Made by a program: the position numbers and the translations under genes | Notes under the pieces: model-generated | The model's database searches: none | What the model was told of the DNA's origin: nothing | Seen by the model: only the letters and a program-made list of their open reading frames with translations | NCBI GenBank assembly: GCA_038231155.1 | Contig: JBBRLY010000014.1 | Span: 22,792 to 86,791, forward strand | From: Candidatus Saccharimonadales bacterium | Lineage (GTDB): Bacteria > Patescibacteriota > Saccharimonadia > Saccharimonadales > JANWIN01 | Direction: 5' to 3' | Length of the DNA: 64,000 nt | Part shown: positions 36,152 to 46,689 of the stretch, piece by piece | Layout: every line of letters begins with the position of its first letter | Position numbering within the stretch: the first letter of the stretch is position 1

Positions 36152-36513
36152 TGATACAAAAGTTAGAGATTAGTGGTATTCATATCAATATAGAAGATGA
36201 CTTACACAAATATATTGCCAAAAAGATAGGTCGACTAGACCAGTACATGAGCTGGCACGTACGAAAAAGTGCTCATGCTGAGGTGAAATTAAAAGCTGTA
36301 AAAATTAAGCAACGTAAACAAGCCACTTGCGAAGTGATTCTATATCTTCCGCACGATACTATTACTACCAAAGAAACTACAATAAATATGTTTGCCGCTG
36401 TAGATATTGTCGAGGCTAAGCTTAAAAATCAACTTAAAAAGTATAAAGAAAAACATAGCAAAAGCCGTATTCGACGACAACTTAATAGAGTTTTAGCTCG
36501 TCACCAAGTCTAA
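36151..36513 (+). CDS. hpf: Ribosome hibernation promoting factor (short HPF/RaiA type)
   Basis: Typical start IQKLEISGIHINIEDDLHKYIAKKIGRLDQY. TAATG overlap with serS. Confidence 0.8.
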   Translation: MIQKLEISGIHINIEDDLHKYIAKKIGRLDQYMSWHVRKSAHAEVKLKAVKIKQRKQATCEVILYLPHDTITTKETTINMFAAVDIVEAKLKNQLKKYKEKHSKSRIRRQLNRVLARHQV

Positions 36514-36591
36514 CAAAAACTTTCGGCAACTCATCTATATAAGGTACAATATAATCTGTTCCGACCACCAAGGGAGTGATTTTAGGTATTT

Positions 36592-39198
36592 ATGAAGAAA
36601 CTTTTTAAACGTGTATTGGGTGATCCCCAAGCCAAGACTATTAAACGGCTCAGAAAAAGAGCTATTGAGGTTAATAAACTTGAGAGTAAATATCATAATC
36701 TAAGCGATGCCAAGCTTCATGACCAAACCAAAGTCTTAATGGATAGACTCCAAAAAGAAAGTTTAGATAAAATATTACCCGATGCTTTTGCAGTTGTCCG
36801 TGAAGCTGCTCAACGGACTTTAGGTCAGCGCCACTTTGATGTCCAATTAATTGGTGGCATGGTACTGCATGAAGGTAGTATTGCCGAAATGAAAACTGGT
36901 GAAGGTAAAACTTTGGTCGCCACATTAGCCGTTTACTTAAACGCTTTAAGTGGCAAAGGTGTACATGTAGTAACTGTAAACGATTTCCTTGCTCAGCGCG
37001 ATGCTGGCTGGATGGGACAAGTATATGACTTTTTGGGACTAAAAACAGGAGTGATTATTGCTGATGAATCCTATATTTTCGATAAACAATATACCAATCG
37101 TAAACATGATGATGAACGCTTTAGACACCTTAAGGCCTGTACTCGACAAGAGGCCTATGCTGCTGACGTAACCTACGGCACTAATAATGAGTTTGGTTTC
37201 GATTATTTGCGCGACAACATGGTGCGTGAAGTAGACCAATTGCGCCAGCGAGATCTAAATTTTGCAATTGTTGATGAGGTAGACTCAATATTAATTGATG
37301 AAGCTCGTACACCATTGATTATTAGTGCACCAGCTGTAACAAGTGGTAGTGCCTACAGTCAATTTGCTAAAATAGCCCGTCAATTAAAAGCCGAAACTGA
37401 TTATGATGTTGATGAAAAACGTAAATCTGTAATTCTAACCGACGAAGGTGTTGAACATGTCGAGAAAATACTAGGTATTACAAGTTTGTACGCCACAGAA
37501 AACATTAGGACTATTTATCATTTAGAGCAAGCACTACGGGCCCAAACTCTTTTTAAACGTGACAAAGACTATGTTGTTACCGGTGAAGGTGAAATTGTGA
37601 TTGTTGATGAGTTCACGGGTAGATTGCTGCGCGGGCGTAGATATAACGAGGGCCTGCATCAGGCTATTGAGGCTAAAGAAGGTGTAGAAGTACAAGAAGA
37701 GTCAATGACTTTGGCCACTATATCTTTTCAGAACTACTTCCGTTTATATCAAAAACTATCAGGTATGACTGGAACAGCCATGACCGAAAGCGAAGAATTC
37801 CATGAAATATATAAGCTAAATACAGTAGAGGTTCCATCAAATCGTAAAATAGTAAGAAGCGATAAACCAGATAGAATTTATAAAAGTGAAACTGCCAAAT
37901 TTCGTTCTATTGTCAGTGAAGTTAAACAATTGCATCAACGAGGCCAGCCAGTATTAATTGGTACTGTATCAATTGAAAAAAACGAGCTTTTAGCCCGGAT
38001 GTTAAAATCCGCCAATGTACCATACCAAGTTTTAAACGCTAAAAATAATGAACGTGAAGCATCTATTATTACTAATGCTGGCCAAAAAGCTGCAGTTACT
38101 TTAGCTACTAACATAGCTGGACGCGGTACCGATATTATTTTAGCTGAAGGAGTTAAAGAATTAGGGGGCTTGTTCGTTCTGGGTAGCGAACGTCATGAAT
38201 CTCGCCGAATTGATAACCAGCTGCGAGGTAGGTCTGGCCGTCAAGGTGACCCCGGAGTTACCCAATTTTTTGTTAGTACAGAAGATGATTTGATGCGAAT
38301 CTTTGGTGGTGAGCGAATAGCATCTATTATGGATCGCTTACGAGTAGACGAAGACACACCAATTGAAAACCGGATGATTTCACGTAGCTTAGAAGCTGCC
38401 CAGAAGAAAGTAGAGGGTTTTAACTTCGATCAACGAAAAAATGTGGTGCAGTATGATGACGTAATGAACCGACATCGTCGGGCTATTTATGCCATGCGTC
38501 GTGAAATATTAAATCAGCCAACCATTAGCAAAAGGATCAAACTAATGATTGAGGAAGAGGCTCAAGATCTTGCCGCTTCACCATTAATTACCAGCGAAGA
38601 GTACGAGGATATCGTTAAAGAAGTCTTTCCATTTGACGAGTCAGTGCTAGATAAATTGTTTGATACTTCCACTGATAAATTTGCAGCACTATTGAAAACC
38701 GAAGTACTAAAACTTTATGAAGATCGCGCCAAAAACTTCGATGCGGATATAATGCATAAAGTCGAAAGAGATATTTACTTACAGATTCTAGACAATCTTT
38801 GGATGCAGCATCTAGAAAATATGGATCATTTGCGTGAAGGCATCCACTGGATCAGCGTCGGACAGCGTGATCCTTTAGTAGAGTATCGCCGTCAGGGTCA
38901 GATTATATTTGACGAGATGCAGGCTAGCTTACGACATGATATTGTTCGGGCTATCTTTCATGCTGAGCCAGTTGCGGAGGAGGAATTAGATAAACCAACA
39001 GAAACTGAATTAACATTGGCTGCTCGTCAGTCGGTCGATAATGCCAATAAAATTATTGAAGCTGAGGAATTTCAAGAAACTGACTTCAAGGATTTGGATC
39101 AACCAAGCGCCACTAAAAAACACCAAACCACTGAAGGTCGTAAAAAAGCCCGAAAAGCTGAGCGTAAACGCCGAAGTAAGGGCAAAAAACGTAAATGA
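36592..39198 (+). CDS. secA: Preprotein translocase ATPase SecA
   Basis: 868 aa. Walker A MKTGEGKTL, DEVDSILIDEARTPLIIS and TNIAGRGTDI. It has a basic C-terminal tail without the Cys zinc finger. Confidence 0.95.
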   Translation: MKKLFKRVLGDPQAKTIKRLRKRAIEVNKLESKYHNLSDAKLHDQTKVLMDRLQKESLDKILPDAFAVVREAAQRTLGQRHFDVQLIGGMVLHEGSIAEMKTGEGKTLVATLAVYLNALSGKGVHVVTVNDFLAQRDAGWMGQVYDFLGLKTGVIIADESYIFDKQYTNRKHDDERFRHLKACTRQEAYAADVTYGTNNEFGFDYLRDNMVREVDQLRQRDLNFAIVDEVDSILIDEARTPLIISAPAVTSGSAYSQFAKIARQLKAETDYDVDEKRKSVILTDEGVEHVEKILGITSLYATENIRTIYHLEQALRAQTLFKRDKDYVVTGEGEIVIVDEFTGRLLRGRRYNEGLHQAIEAKEGVEVQEESMTLATISFQNYFRLYQKLSGMTGTAMTESEEFHEIYKLNTVEVPSNRKIVRSDKPDRIYKSETAKFRSIVSEVKQLHQRGQPVLIGTVSIEKNELLARMLKSANVPYQVLNAKNNEREASIITNAGQKAAVTLATNIAGRGTDIILAEGVKELGGLFVLGSERHESRRIDNQLRGRSGRQGDPGVTQFFVSTEDDLMRIFGGERIASIMDRLRVDEDTPIENRMISRSLEAAQKKVEGFNFDQRKNVVQYDDVMNRHRRAIYAMRREILNQPTISKRIKLMIEEEAQDLAASPLITSEEYEDIVKEVFPFDESVLDKLFDTSTDKFAALLKTEVLKLYEDRAKNFDADIMHKVERDIYLQILDNLWMQHLENMDHLREGIHWISVGQRDPLVEYRRQGQIIFDEMQASLRHDIVRAIFHAEPVAEEELDKPTETELTLAARQSVDNANKIIEAEEFQETDFKDLDQPSATKKHQTTEGRKKARKAERKRRSKGKKRK

Positions 39199-40478
39199 AA
39201 CATTCCGTTCATGAACTTAGTTTGCCAAATGGCACACGTGGATTGTTAGTTCATATCCCAGACGCCACGGTTATGACTTTCGATATCAACTTTAGGGCCG
39301 GTGATTGTTATGCTCCAACCGAAAAATGGGAAACAGCTCATTTAATGGAACATGTCTTGCTTGGTGCGAATAAACAAATTCCTAAAGCTAGGGCTTTTCA
39401 GGCGGAGTTTGAAAAAAACGGCGCCTATTCTAATGCTAGCACTAGCAGCTATGACATTACTTATGAATCGGAATGTGCTGATTTTGAATGGGACAGAATT
39501 CTGAATTTATTGATGGTAGCTATTACTAAACCATTGTTTTTACAAGAAGAATTTGATGCTGAATTTGGTAATGTAAGGGAGGAACTAGCTTCACGCTCCA
39601 ATAATCACTATCGCCATTTAAGTCTGGCATTAAGACAAACCTATGGCTATAAAGTTTTAACTGATCAAAAACGGCTTAAACTAATGGATAATGTAAAGTT
39701 GAATGATATCAGGCGACACTATAAAAAAACCCATTTAACATCAAATATGCGGTTTGTAATAGCCGGCCAGATCCCACCGGATCGCCGCAAACAAATACGC
39801 AAAATTTTATCAGACACCGAGCTACCAAATGGAGAAGGGCGACTAGAGTTACCTAACGAAACTCCGCATAAGCTTAAAACACCACTTTATATTCACAATG
39901 AGACCGTCGATAATCTTTATTTTTACATGGATACTTTTATGAATCGTCGATTACGCGATCCAGAAGTAGATGCCTTGAGCTTGGTAAATACAATGTTAAC
40001 CGAAACTCTTTATTCGCTAATTTTAGGTACTGCTAGAGAGCGCGGTTTGATATATGGAATGAGTTCTAGCTTTGGCCAAACCAAAACTAGCAGCGGTTGG
40101 TGGATAGGCGGTCAAGTATTACCCAAAAACGTGGAACCCTTAATGGAAATAATGATTAAAGAACTAAAAGATGTGTTTAAAAACAAACTTAAAGATGAAG
40201 ATATTGCTGCCGCTAAGCAGTATTCTTTAGGTCGGTTTCAACGCAGTGGTCAAACAGTTGGCGGAACAGCTGCTGGCTATTCTTATCGTTACTTTTTTGA
40301 CGATGTAATTGACGATTTTTATAAAGTGCCAGAACGAATTAAAGCTGTATCTAGAATTCGCATAGCTAATATAATGGAAGAATTATTTGCTGAAAAAATC
40401 TGGGGTGTTGGAGTCTTAGGGAACTGTGGTGAAAAGTTTGCTTTACAGCTCGCTAAACAACTTTCAGTTTTATGGTAA
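39195..40478 (+). CDS. M16 (pitrilysin) family zinc peptidase
   Basis: Inverted zinc motif HLMEH (HxxEH). ATGA overlap with the secA stop. Confidence 0.8.
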   Translation: MKHSVHELSLPNGTRGLLVHIPDATVMTFDINFRAGDCYAPTEKWETAHLMEHVLLGANKQIPKARAFQAEFEKNGAYSNASTSSYDITYESECADFEWDRILNLLMVAITKPLFLQEEFDAEFGNVREELASRSNNHYRHLSLALRQTYGYKVLTDQKRLKLMDNVKLNDIRRHYKKTHLTSNMRFVIAGQIPPDRRKQIRKILSDTELPNGEGRLELPNETPHKLKTPLYIHNETVDNLYFYMDTFMNRRLRDPEVDALSLVNTMLTETLYSLILGTARERGLIYGMSSSFGQTKTSSGWWIGGQVLPKNVEPLMEIMIKELKDVFKNKLKDEDIAAAKQYSLGRFQRSGQTVGGTAAGYSYRYFFDDVIDDFYKVPERIKAVSRIRIANIMEELFAEKIWGVGVLGNCGEKFALQLAKQLSVLW

Positions 40479-40571
40479 TCGGTTTAGCTTCTAGCTACTC
40501 CAAGACTTATAAAAATTGTTGGACTTTTAATCAAGTCCAGGCTGGCAGAAAGCTACTGATATAATCAGACC

Positions 40572-41657
40572 ATGCAAGAAGTTAACCAGAAAGCACAATC
40601 GTTGTCAGACGAAGTTGAAAAAGCCATAAAAAAGTTAGATATCAATTCGTCTGAAGCTGAGCTAGCTCAATTAAAGAAACTAGCCCAAAACCCTGAATTT
40701 TGGAAAGATAATTACGCTGCACAAGCTAATATGAAACAGCAATCCAAAATAGAATCCAAAATCAATCCTTGGCTAGCCCTTCAACAAGAATTAAAAGATG
40801 TCGTTGAGCTCAGTAAATCCAACGACAGTTCACTTACAGAAGATTTATCTAATCAGTTCAATCATACCGAAGAACAGTTCAATACGCTTAAAGCTCAACT
40901 TAAATTTAACGGGAAGTATGATGGTCATGATGCAATTTTGAGCATTCACGCCGGAGCCGGTGGAACTGACGCACAAGATTGGGCTCAAATGTTGATGCGG
41001 ATGTATCTGCGGTATAGTGAAGCTAATAATTTTAAAGCAAAAGTGTTAGATGAATCAGCTGGTGATGAAGCCGGTATAAAAAGTGCAACATTAGAAATTT
41101 CTGGAGAATTTGTATATGGTAAGTTAAAAGGTGAACATGGAGTACATCGTTTAGTGAGGCTAAGTCCTTTTAACGCTGATCATTTACGACAAACCAGCTT
41201 TGCTAAGGTAGAAATAATGCCTAAAGTTGAAAAACCAGAAGAAGTTAAATTTGACGAGAAGGATATAAAAATTGATGTATACCGGAGTGGTGGGCACGGC
41301 GGCCAGAGCGTAAATACAACCGACAGTGCTGTTCGTATTACTCATTTACCAAGTGGGATTAGTGTGGCAATTCAAAATGAACGCTCTCAACTTCAAAATA
41401 GGGAAACGGCCTTAACGGTATTACGTTCACGTTTGGCTCAACTTCAGTTAGAGCAACACCAAGAAAACTTACGTGAGATAAAAGGTCCTAACCAATCGGC
41501 AGAGTGGGGAAACCAAATTCGCAATTACGTCCTTCATCCGTATAAACAAGTAAAAGACCTGCGGACAGGTTATGAAACTTCTGATCCAGATAAAGTTCTT
41601 GACGGTTACCTCGACGATTTTACTGAAGCTTATCTTGAGTTTTCGATAGCTGATTAA
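40572..41657 (+). CDS. prfB: Peptide chain release factor 2 (single uninterrupted ORF, no +1 frameshift site)
   Basis: SPF motif (RLSPFNA) and GGQ motif. TGaTATAAT (40557-40565), 6 nt before the ATG. Confidence 0.95.
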   Translation: MQEVNQKAQSLSDEVEKAIKKLDINSSEAELAQLKKLAQNPEFWKDNYAAQANMKQQSKIESKINPWLALQQELKDVVELSKSNDSSLTEDLSNQFNHTEEQFNTLKAQLKFNGKYDGHDAILSIHAGAGGTDAQDWAQMLMRMYLRYSEANNFKAKVLDESAGDEAGIKSATLEISGEFVYGKLKGEHGVHRLVRLSPFNADHLRQTSFAKVEIMPKVEKPEEVKFDEKDIKIDVYRSGGHGGQSVNTTDSAVRITHLPSGISVAIQNERSQLQNRETALTVLRSRLAQLQLEQHQENLREIKGPNQSAEWGNQIRNYVLHPYKQVKDLRTGYETSDPDKVLDGYLDDFTEAYLEFSIAD

Positions 41658-41771
41658 TTGCAAATCTAGGCGAAAACTTACATCAATATTTGATAAGCAG
41701 CAGCTATATTTTTCGAAGCCATAAAGTACAACACTGGTAGAAAGCTTGCTAATGCTATAATATTAGCGCTA

Positions 41772-42455
41772 ATGATTCTTTTAGATAGAGTTACAAAAAC
41801 ATATAGCAAAGCCGCTGGGTCGGCGCTAGAACGCGTTAGTTTACATGTTGAACCTAACGAGTTTGTAATTATTGTCGGACCTAGCGGTGCTGGGAAGTCG
41901 ACTCTATTAAAACTACTAACTCGAGAGGAAAAACCAACAGCTGGTAAAATCATTGTCGGCGGTATTGATTACGATAAGCTTAAAGATAAAGAAATCCCAC
42001 TTTTACGACGTAAAATCGGTGTAGTGTTTCAAGACTTTAAACTATTAACTGGTAAAAACGTTTATGAAAACGTAGCTTTTGCACTTGAAATGGTTGGAAT
42101 AGGCAATACCGAGATACGTCATACTGTACCTAGGGTTTTGGATATTGTCGGTCTAAAAGGTAAAGAAAAACAAATGCCGATGCAACTTTCGGGTGGCGAG
42201 CGTCAAAGAGTTGCTATTGCTAGAGCGATTGTTCGTCAGCCCAAAATCTTAATTGCTGACGAACCAACTGGAAACCTTGACCCCAAACATGCTTGGGATG
42301 TAGTTAAGGTGCTGGAAAAAATTAATCGATATGGAACTACTGTACTTCTAACTACCCATAATCAAGATATTGTAAATAAGTTAAAACGTAGAGTTATAAC
42401 AATAGAAGATGGTAAGATCATCAGCGATCGTGCTGGCGGGGGATATAAACAATGA
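41772..42455 (+). CDS. ftsE: Cell-division ABC ATPase FtsE
   Basis: Walker A GPSGAGKST, signature LSGGERQRVAIARA and Walker B ILIADEPT. Confidence 0.9.
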   Translation: MILLDRVTKTYSKAAGSALERVSLHVEPNEFVIIVGPSGAGKSTLLKLLTREEKPTAGKIIVGGIDYDKLKDKEIPLLRRKIGVVFQDFKLLTGKNVYENVAFALEMVGIGNTEIRHTVPRVLDIVGLKGKEKQMPMQLSGGERQRVAIARAIVRQPKILIADEPTGNLDPKHAWDVVKVLEKINRYGTTVLLTTHNQDIVNKLKRRVITIEDGKIISDRAGGGYKQ

Positions 42456-43414
42456 ATCGCTGGGAAAGCTTTAAACGCCGACTAGTTACATTTCGTCGTA
42501 TCGTTAGATCTGGTTGTATAAATTTTGTGCGCAACTCATGGCTAAGTATTGCTGCAATGGCAGTTATGCTTATAACACTTACCATTGTGCTTTTTTCAAT
42601 CATTGCTAACGCCACATTTAATAATACTATTAACCAAATTACTGACAAAATTAATGTATCAATGTATTTAAAAGATACAGTAAGCGAAAACCAGTCAAAA
42701 GATCTCATTAATCAAATTAAGAAAGTAAATAATGTAGAATCGGTAGTTTACTTAAATCAAGACCAAGCCCTCGAAGCTTATAAAAAAGAGAATTCGGATA
42801 ATGTAAAACTTTTACTAGCAATATCTGAGGCCACCAATCCAATTCCAGCCACTATCCAAATAAAACCACAAAACTCAAACAATATTACGCCAATTAAAAA
42901 TTTCTTAGATAAACCAGAAATTAAGAAATTACAGTCTCATGCCAGTTCTTATTCTGGCAAGCGTAAAGAAGCCGTAGACAACATTACCCATGCAGCCGCT
43001 TTTTTACGCAAAGCTGGTATAGCTGGAGTGGTGGTTTTTGGAATTATATCGATGTTGATCATCTTTAATACCATCCAAATGGCAATATTTAATCGACGCG
43101 ATGAACTGACAATTATGCGACTATTAGGGGCTAGTACTTGGTATATCCGCGGCCCGTTTGTGGTAGAGAGTATGCTCTACGGTATTATTTCAGCAGTAGT
43201 GTCGATAGTTGTACTCAACTCCTTATTTATCGTTAGCTCGTCTACATTACAAGCCAGCTCGCTGGGACTATTAGATATAAACTTTGCAAACGAATATTTT
43301 GGCAACCATTTTTGGCTGTTTTTGACAATGCTAATTGTGCTTGGTATAGTCATTGGTGCCGCTTCTTCTATAATTGCCACCCGGCGGTATTTAAAGTTCA
43401 AAACAAGTAAATAA
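42452..43414 (+). CDS. ftsX: Cell-division ABC permease-like protein FtsX
   Basis: 4-nt overlap with ftsE. TM1, a large external loop, then 3 C-terminal TMs, as is typical of FtsX. Confidence 0.85.
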   Translation: MNRWESFKRRLVTFRRIVRSGCINFVRNSWLSIAAMAVMLITLTIVLFSIIANATFNNTINQITDKINVSMYLKDTVSENQSKDLINQIKKVNNVESVVYLNQDQALEAYKKENSDNVKLLLAISEATNPIPATIQIKPQNSNNITPIKNFLDKPEIKKLQSHASSYSGKRKEAVDNITHAAAFLRKAGIAGVVVFGIISMLIIFNTIQMAIFNRRDELTIMRLLGASTWYIRGPFVVESMLYGIISAVVSIVVLNSLFIVSSSTLQASSLGLLDINFANEYFGNHFWLFLTMLIVLGIVIGAASSIIATRRYLKFKTSK

Positions 43415-43563
43415 ACAATTTCTTAAATTAATAATAAATTTTATTGTTCGATCCGCAATGAAAACCGATTGTTCATTAAAGTTTGAATAAAAATTTAATA
43501 TTTTAATGCTCAGTAATTAGTATATTTAACGGGGTATTGTAAAGGGAGTGAGGGTGTGTTATA

Positions 43564-44751
43564 GTGTCAGCACAAATGCTAAAACAAAAATTAAAAGCTC
43601 AACTATCTGTTAGTTTTTCACGCGCTACTTTTATTACTATAGCTGCAGTTTTAGTATTGGCAGTTGTAGCAACAGTGAAAGTTAGAGCTGATCAGTTTGA
43701 TCAGCAAATTTCTCAACTTCAGCAACAAAATGATCAAACTAAGAGCACAATTAATCAGTTACAATCTCAAGCTAGTAGTTATCAAGATGCTATTAATAAA
43801 CTACAGACTCAAATCAATTCACTACAAGCAGATATAAATAATAACTTGGCCAGACAAGCTCAACTTAAACAACAAATAACTGATGCCGAGATAGAATTAG
43901 ATAAGCAAAAGGTAGTTTTGGGCGATAGTATTAGAGAAATGTATACCCAGGGGCAAATTAGTAATTTAGAATTGCTGGCTTCCTCACAAAACTTAAGTGA
44001 TTTTGTTGATCAGCAGGTTTATCAAGGAGCCGTTCAAGACCAAATTAAGCAAACTCTAGATAATATTACTGCACTTAAACTTAAGTTGCAGGATGAAAAA
44101 AATCAAGTGGAACAGTTATTAAAAGATCAACAAACTCAGCAGCTGCAGTTAGGTGGTGCCCAGCAACAGCAAAGTCAACTTCTGGCTTATAACCAAGGTC
44201 AGCAATCTGCCTATAACCAGCAGATTAGTGACAACCAAGCTAAAATAGTTGCGTTGCGAGTTCAACAGTTTGCTGCTAATAACCGATTATTGGGTAGTGG
44301 TAATGTATCAGTTATTTCTTCTGGAAGCTGTGGTGGTTCTTACCCTGGTGATGCAGCCGGGCCCTACGGACACTGGGGTTGTAACTATAGTTTAGATCAA
44401 GGTGTAGACAACTGGGGTATGTATAACCGTGAGTGCGTAAGTTATACAGCCTGGAAAGTATTTAAAGCCTATGGATATATGCCATATTGGGGCGGATCGG
44501 GTAACGCTAATCAGTGGCCTTCTGATGCCGATGCCTATCACATCCCAAGAGGCAACACTCCCAAAGTTGGCTCAGTAGCTATTGGTACTAATCCAAATTA
44601 TTTTGGATCTTTAGGTCATTCTATGTGGGTGGAAGCAATTTCTGGGAATAATATATTAGTCAGTCAGTTTAATTTTGGTTCACCGGGTCAATATAGCCAG
44701 ATGTGGATAAGCAGCAGCTTAATGAATACATTCATTTATTTTGGCGGTTAA
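43564..44751 (+). CDS. Secreted or anchored coiled-coil + CHAP-domain peptidoglycan hydrolase (PcsB-like architecture)
   Basis: GTG start after AAGGGAGTGAGGG. N-terminal TM/signal, about 200 aa of Q-rich heptad-like coiled coil, and a C-terminal CHAP domain (Cys in NRECVSYTAWKV, His in GHSMWVEAI). Confidence 0.8.
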   Translation: MSAQMLKQKLKAQLSVSFSRATFITIAAVLVLAVVATVKVRADQFDQQISQLQQQNDQTKSTINQLQSQASSYQDAINKLQTQINSLQADINNNLARQAQLKQQITDAEIELDKQKVVLGDSIREMYTQGQISNLELLASSQNLSDFVDQQVYQGAVQDQIKQTLDNITALKLKLQDEKNQVEQLLKDQQTQQLQLGGAQQQQSQLLAYNQGQQSAYNQQISDNQAKIVALRVQQFAANNRLLGSGNVSVISSGSCGGSYPGDAAGPYGHWGCNYSLDQGVDNWGMYNRECVSYTAWKVFKAYGYMPYWGGSGNANQWPSDADAYHIPRGNTPKVGSVAIGTNPNYFGSLGHSMWVEAISGNNILVSQFNFGSPGQYSQMWISSSLMNTFIYFGG

Positions 44752-44906
44752 GTGCCAATAATCTAAATCAAGATAGTTAATTTAGCGAGATTAGTTTTTG
44801 CTTTACTCCAAAAGATATTTTAGTTAGACCTTAAGAACTTAAATATTCGATGATCTAATACCAATGTATAATAAGCGGGTTAGCAATATCAAAATGTGAG
44901 GCTAAA

Positions 44907-46133
44907 TTGAAATTTGGTACCGATTTTAAAACTTCTAGAAAATCAAACAAATGGTTAGAGCGTATTGCTAAGCCAAGCCTTTTAATCATTGGGGCGATTA
45001 TTATATTTTGGTTTGGCCTATCAATTGGCAGCGGTCGTATACAAATTGGATTATCTCAAACTGAAAATAAGAGCTTACCTAAAAACTTAAATTATTCTTC
45101 TGTAGACCAGGTATACAATGCATTAAGACAAAATTATGACGGAAAACTCAATGTTAATAATTTACTGGATGGTTTAAAACACGGACTGGCACAATCTGTT
45201 GGCGATCCTTATACCGATTATTTTACACCTAAGGAAGCTAAAGATTTTAACAACCAACTTAATGGAACATTTGAAGGTATAGGCGCAGAGCTAAATAAAG
45301 ATGCTGACGGCAATCTGAAAGTGGTCTCACCAATTGCTGGTTACCCTGCTGAAAAAGCCGGGCTTAAAACCAATGACATAATTGTTTCGATCAATAATGC
45401 ACCAACTTCTGGAATGTCACTTGATCAGGCAGTTAGTAAAATTCATGGTCCAAAGGGAACATCAGTGATTCTAAAAATACTACGAAATAAAAGTCAATCT
45501 TTATCTCTTACTATTACTCGAACTGATATTAAAATTCCAAGTGTAGATTCTAAAATTCTTATTAACAATATTGGCTATATGAAAATAAATGAATTTTCTG
45601 ACGACACTGGTAGCCTGGCATTAAGGGCAGTTAACAACTTTAAACATAAAGCAGTAAAAGCTGTAATTTTAGATCTCCGCGGTAATCCTGGAGGTGCCTT
45701 AAATGCCGCTGTGGATGTATCAAGCTTGTGGTTACAACCTGGTAAAACCGTACTAACAACAAGACGCCAAGGAATTATTACAGACACTTATTATGCTCAA
45801 GGTGATCCGATACTCTCTGGAATACCGACAGTGGTGCTAATAGATGAAAGCAGTGCCAGTGCCAGCGAAATTACCGCTGGAGCCTTACACGACAATAAAG
45901 TAGCAACTCTTATTGGGGTAAAAAGCTACGGCAAAGGAGTTGTACAAAGCATTATCAATTTAGAGGACGGTGCAATATTAAAAGTTACTACTGCTCGCTG
46001 GTACACGCCCAGTGGCAAAAATATTGATAAAGCCGGGATTACACCCGATCAGCTAGTTAAAAATACAGATAACGATATCAAAGCCGGTAAAGATCCACAG
46101 TTAGACGCTGCTACAGCATTTCTAAATAAATAG
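44907..46133 (+). CDS. C-terminal processing (S41, tail-specific) peptidase with PDZ
   Basis: TTG start. Blocks FEGIGAEL, a PDZ, DLRGNPGG, SASASEI and SYGKG. Confidence 0.85.
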   Translation: MKFGTDFKTSRKSNKWLERIAKPSLLIIGAIIIFWFGLSIGSGRIQIGLSQTENKSLPKNLNYSSVDQVYNALRQNYDGKLNVNNLLDGLKHGLAQSVGDPYTDYFTPKEAKDFNNQLNGTFEGIGAELNKDADGNLKVVSPIAGYPAEKAGLKTNDIIVSINNAPTSGMSLDQAVSKIHGPKGTSVILKILRNKSQSLSLTITRTDIKIPSVDSKILINNIGYMKINEFSDDTGSLALRAVNNFKHKAVKAVILDLRGNPGGALNAAVDVSSLWLQPGKTVLTTRRQGIITDTYYAQGDPILSGIPTVVLIDESSASASEITAGALHDNKVATLIGVKSYGKGVVQSIINLEDGAILKVTTARWYTPSGKNIDKAGITPDQLVKNTDNDIKAGKDPQLDAATAFLNK

Positions 46134-46188
46134 ACTTCGAATTTCAGTTGTACATTTTAGATGAAATAGTCTATAACAATATTAATAA

Positions 46189-46557
46189 ATGGAACAATTC
46201 GGACCTCAACCATTAAATATTCAGCCAAGTACTCGGAACCCAGGAGCTTATGGAGTATTTTTATTTCAAGCCGTAAACGAAGTAGCTATGGAAAGTGGCG
46301 GTCAGGAGTTTAAAATTATTGTTGAGACATTAGCTCAAGGAGGTTCGCCTTTTCCAAGTTTAAGGGCCTTTGATGAACTTAGTCGTCAAAATCCAAGAGC
46401 TCCTTTAGAAGTTAAATTAAGAGCCGATTGGCTTCAATATGAAGCTGACATCAAGCAATTAGCTGAGGCTCGCCAGGCGACTCGTATGCAACTATTTCAA
46501 AATCTAATGTTTGCTACGTCACGCCTATTTAATATATTCGGTCCGGTAAAATACTAG
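46189..46557 (+). CDS. Hypothetical 122-aa protein
   Basis: ORF only. No recognisable family, signal peptide or TM. Confidence 0.4.
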   Translation: MEQFGPQPLNIQPSTRNPGAYGVFLFQAVNEVAMESGGQEFKIIVETLAQGGSPFPSLRAFDELSRQNPRAPLEVKLRADWLQYEADIKQLAEARQATRMQLFQNLMFATSRLFNIFGPVKY

Positions 46558-46689
46558 ACCTATCCATCGCTTCATACATCTTATGAAAAAATTTTAATTG
46601 TTAACTTCGTATTACATCTTGTCATAAACAAAATGATAGGGTAGCATTAGAACGATAAATCCTAGTGGTTTTAAGTAGGAGTTTATGCG

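Noticed and set aside
40572-40700. Programmed +1 frameshift site expected in prfB
   Set aside because: The RF2 ORF is complete (361 aa, starting MQEVNQ...) in a single frame. No short upstream ORF ending in CTT TGA with an internal SD is present, so this prfB is of the non-frameshifted type.
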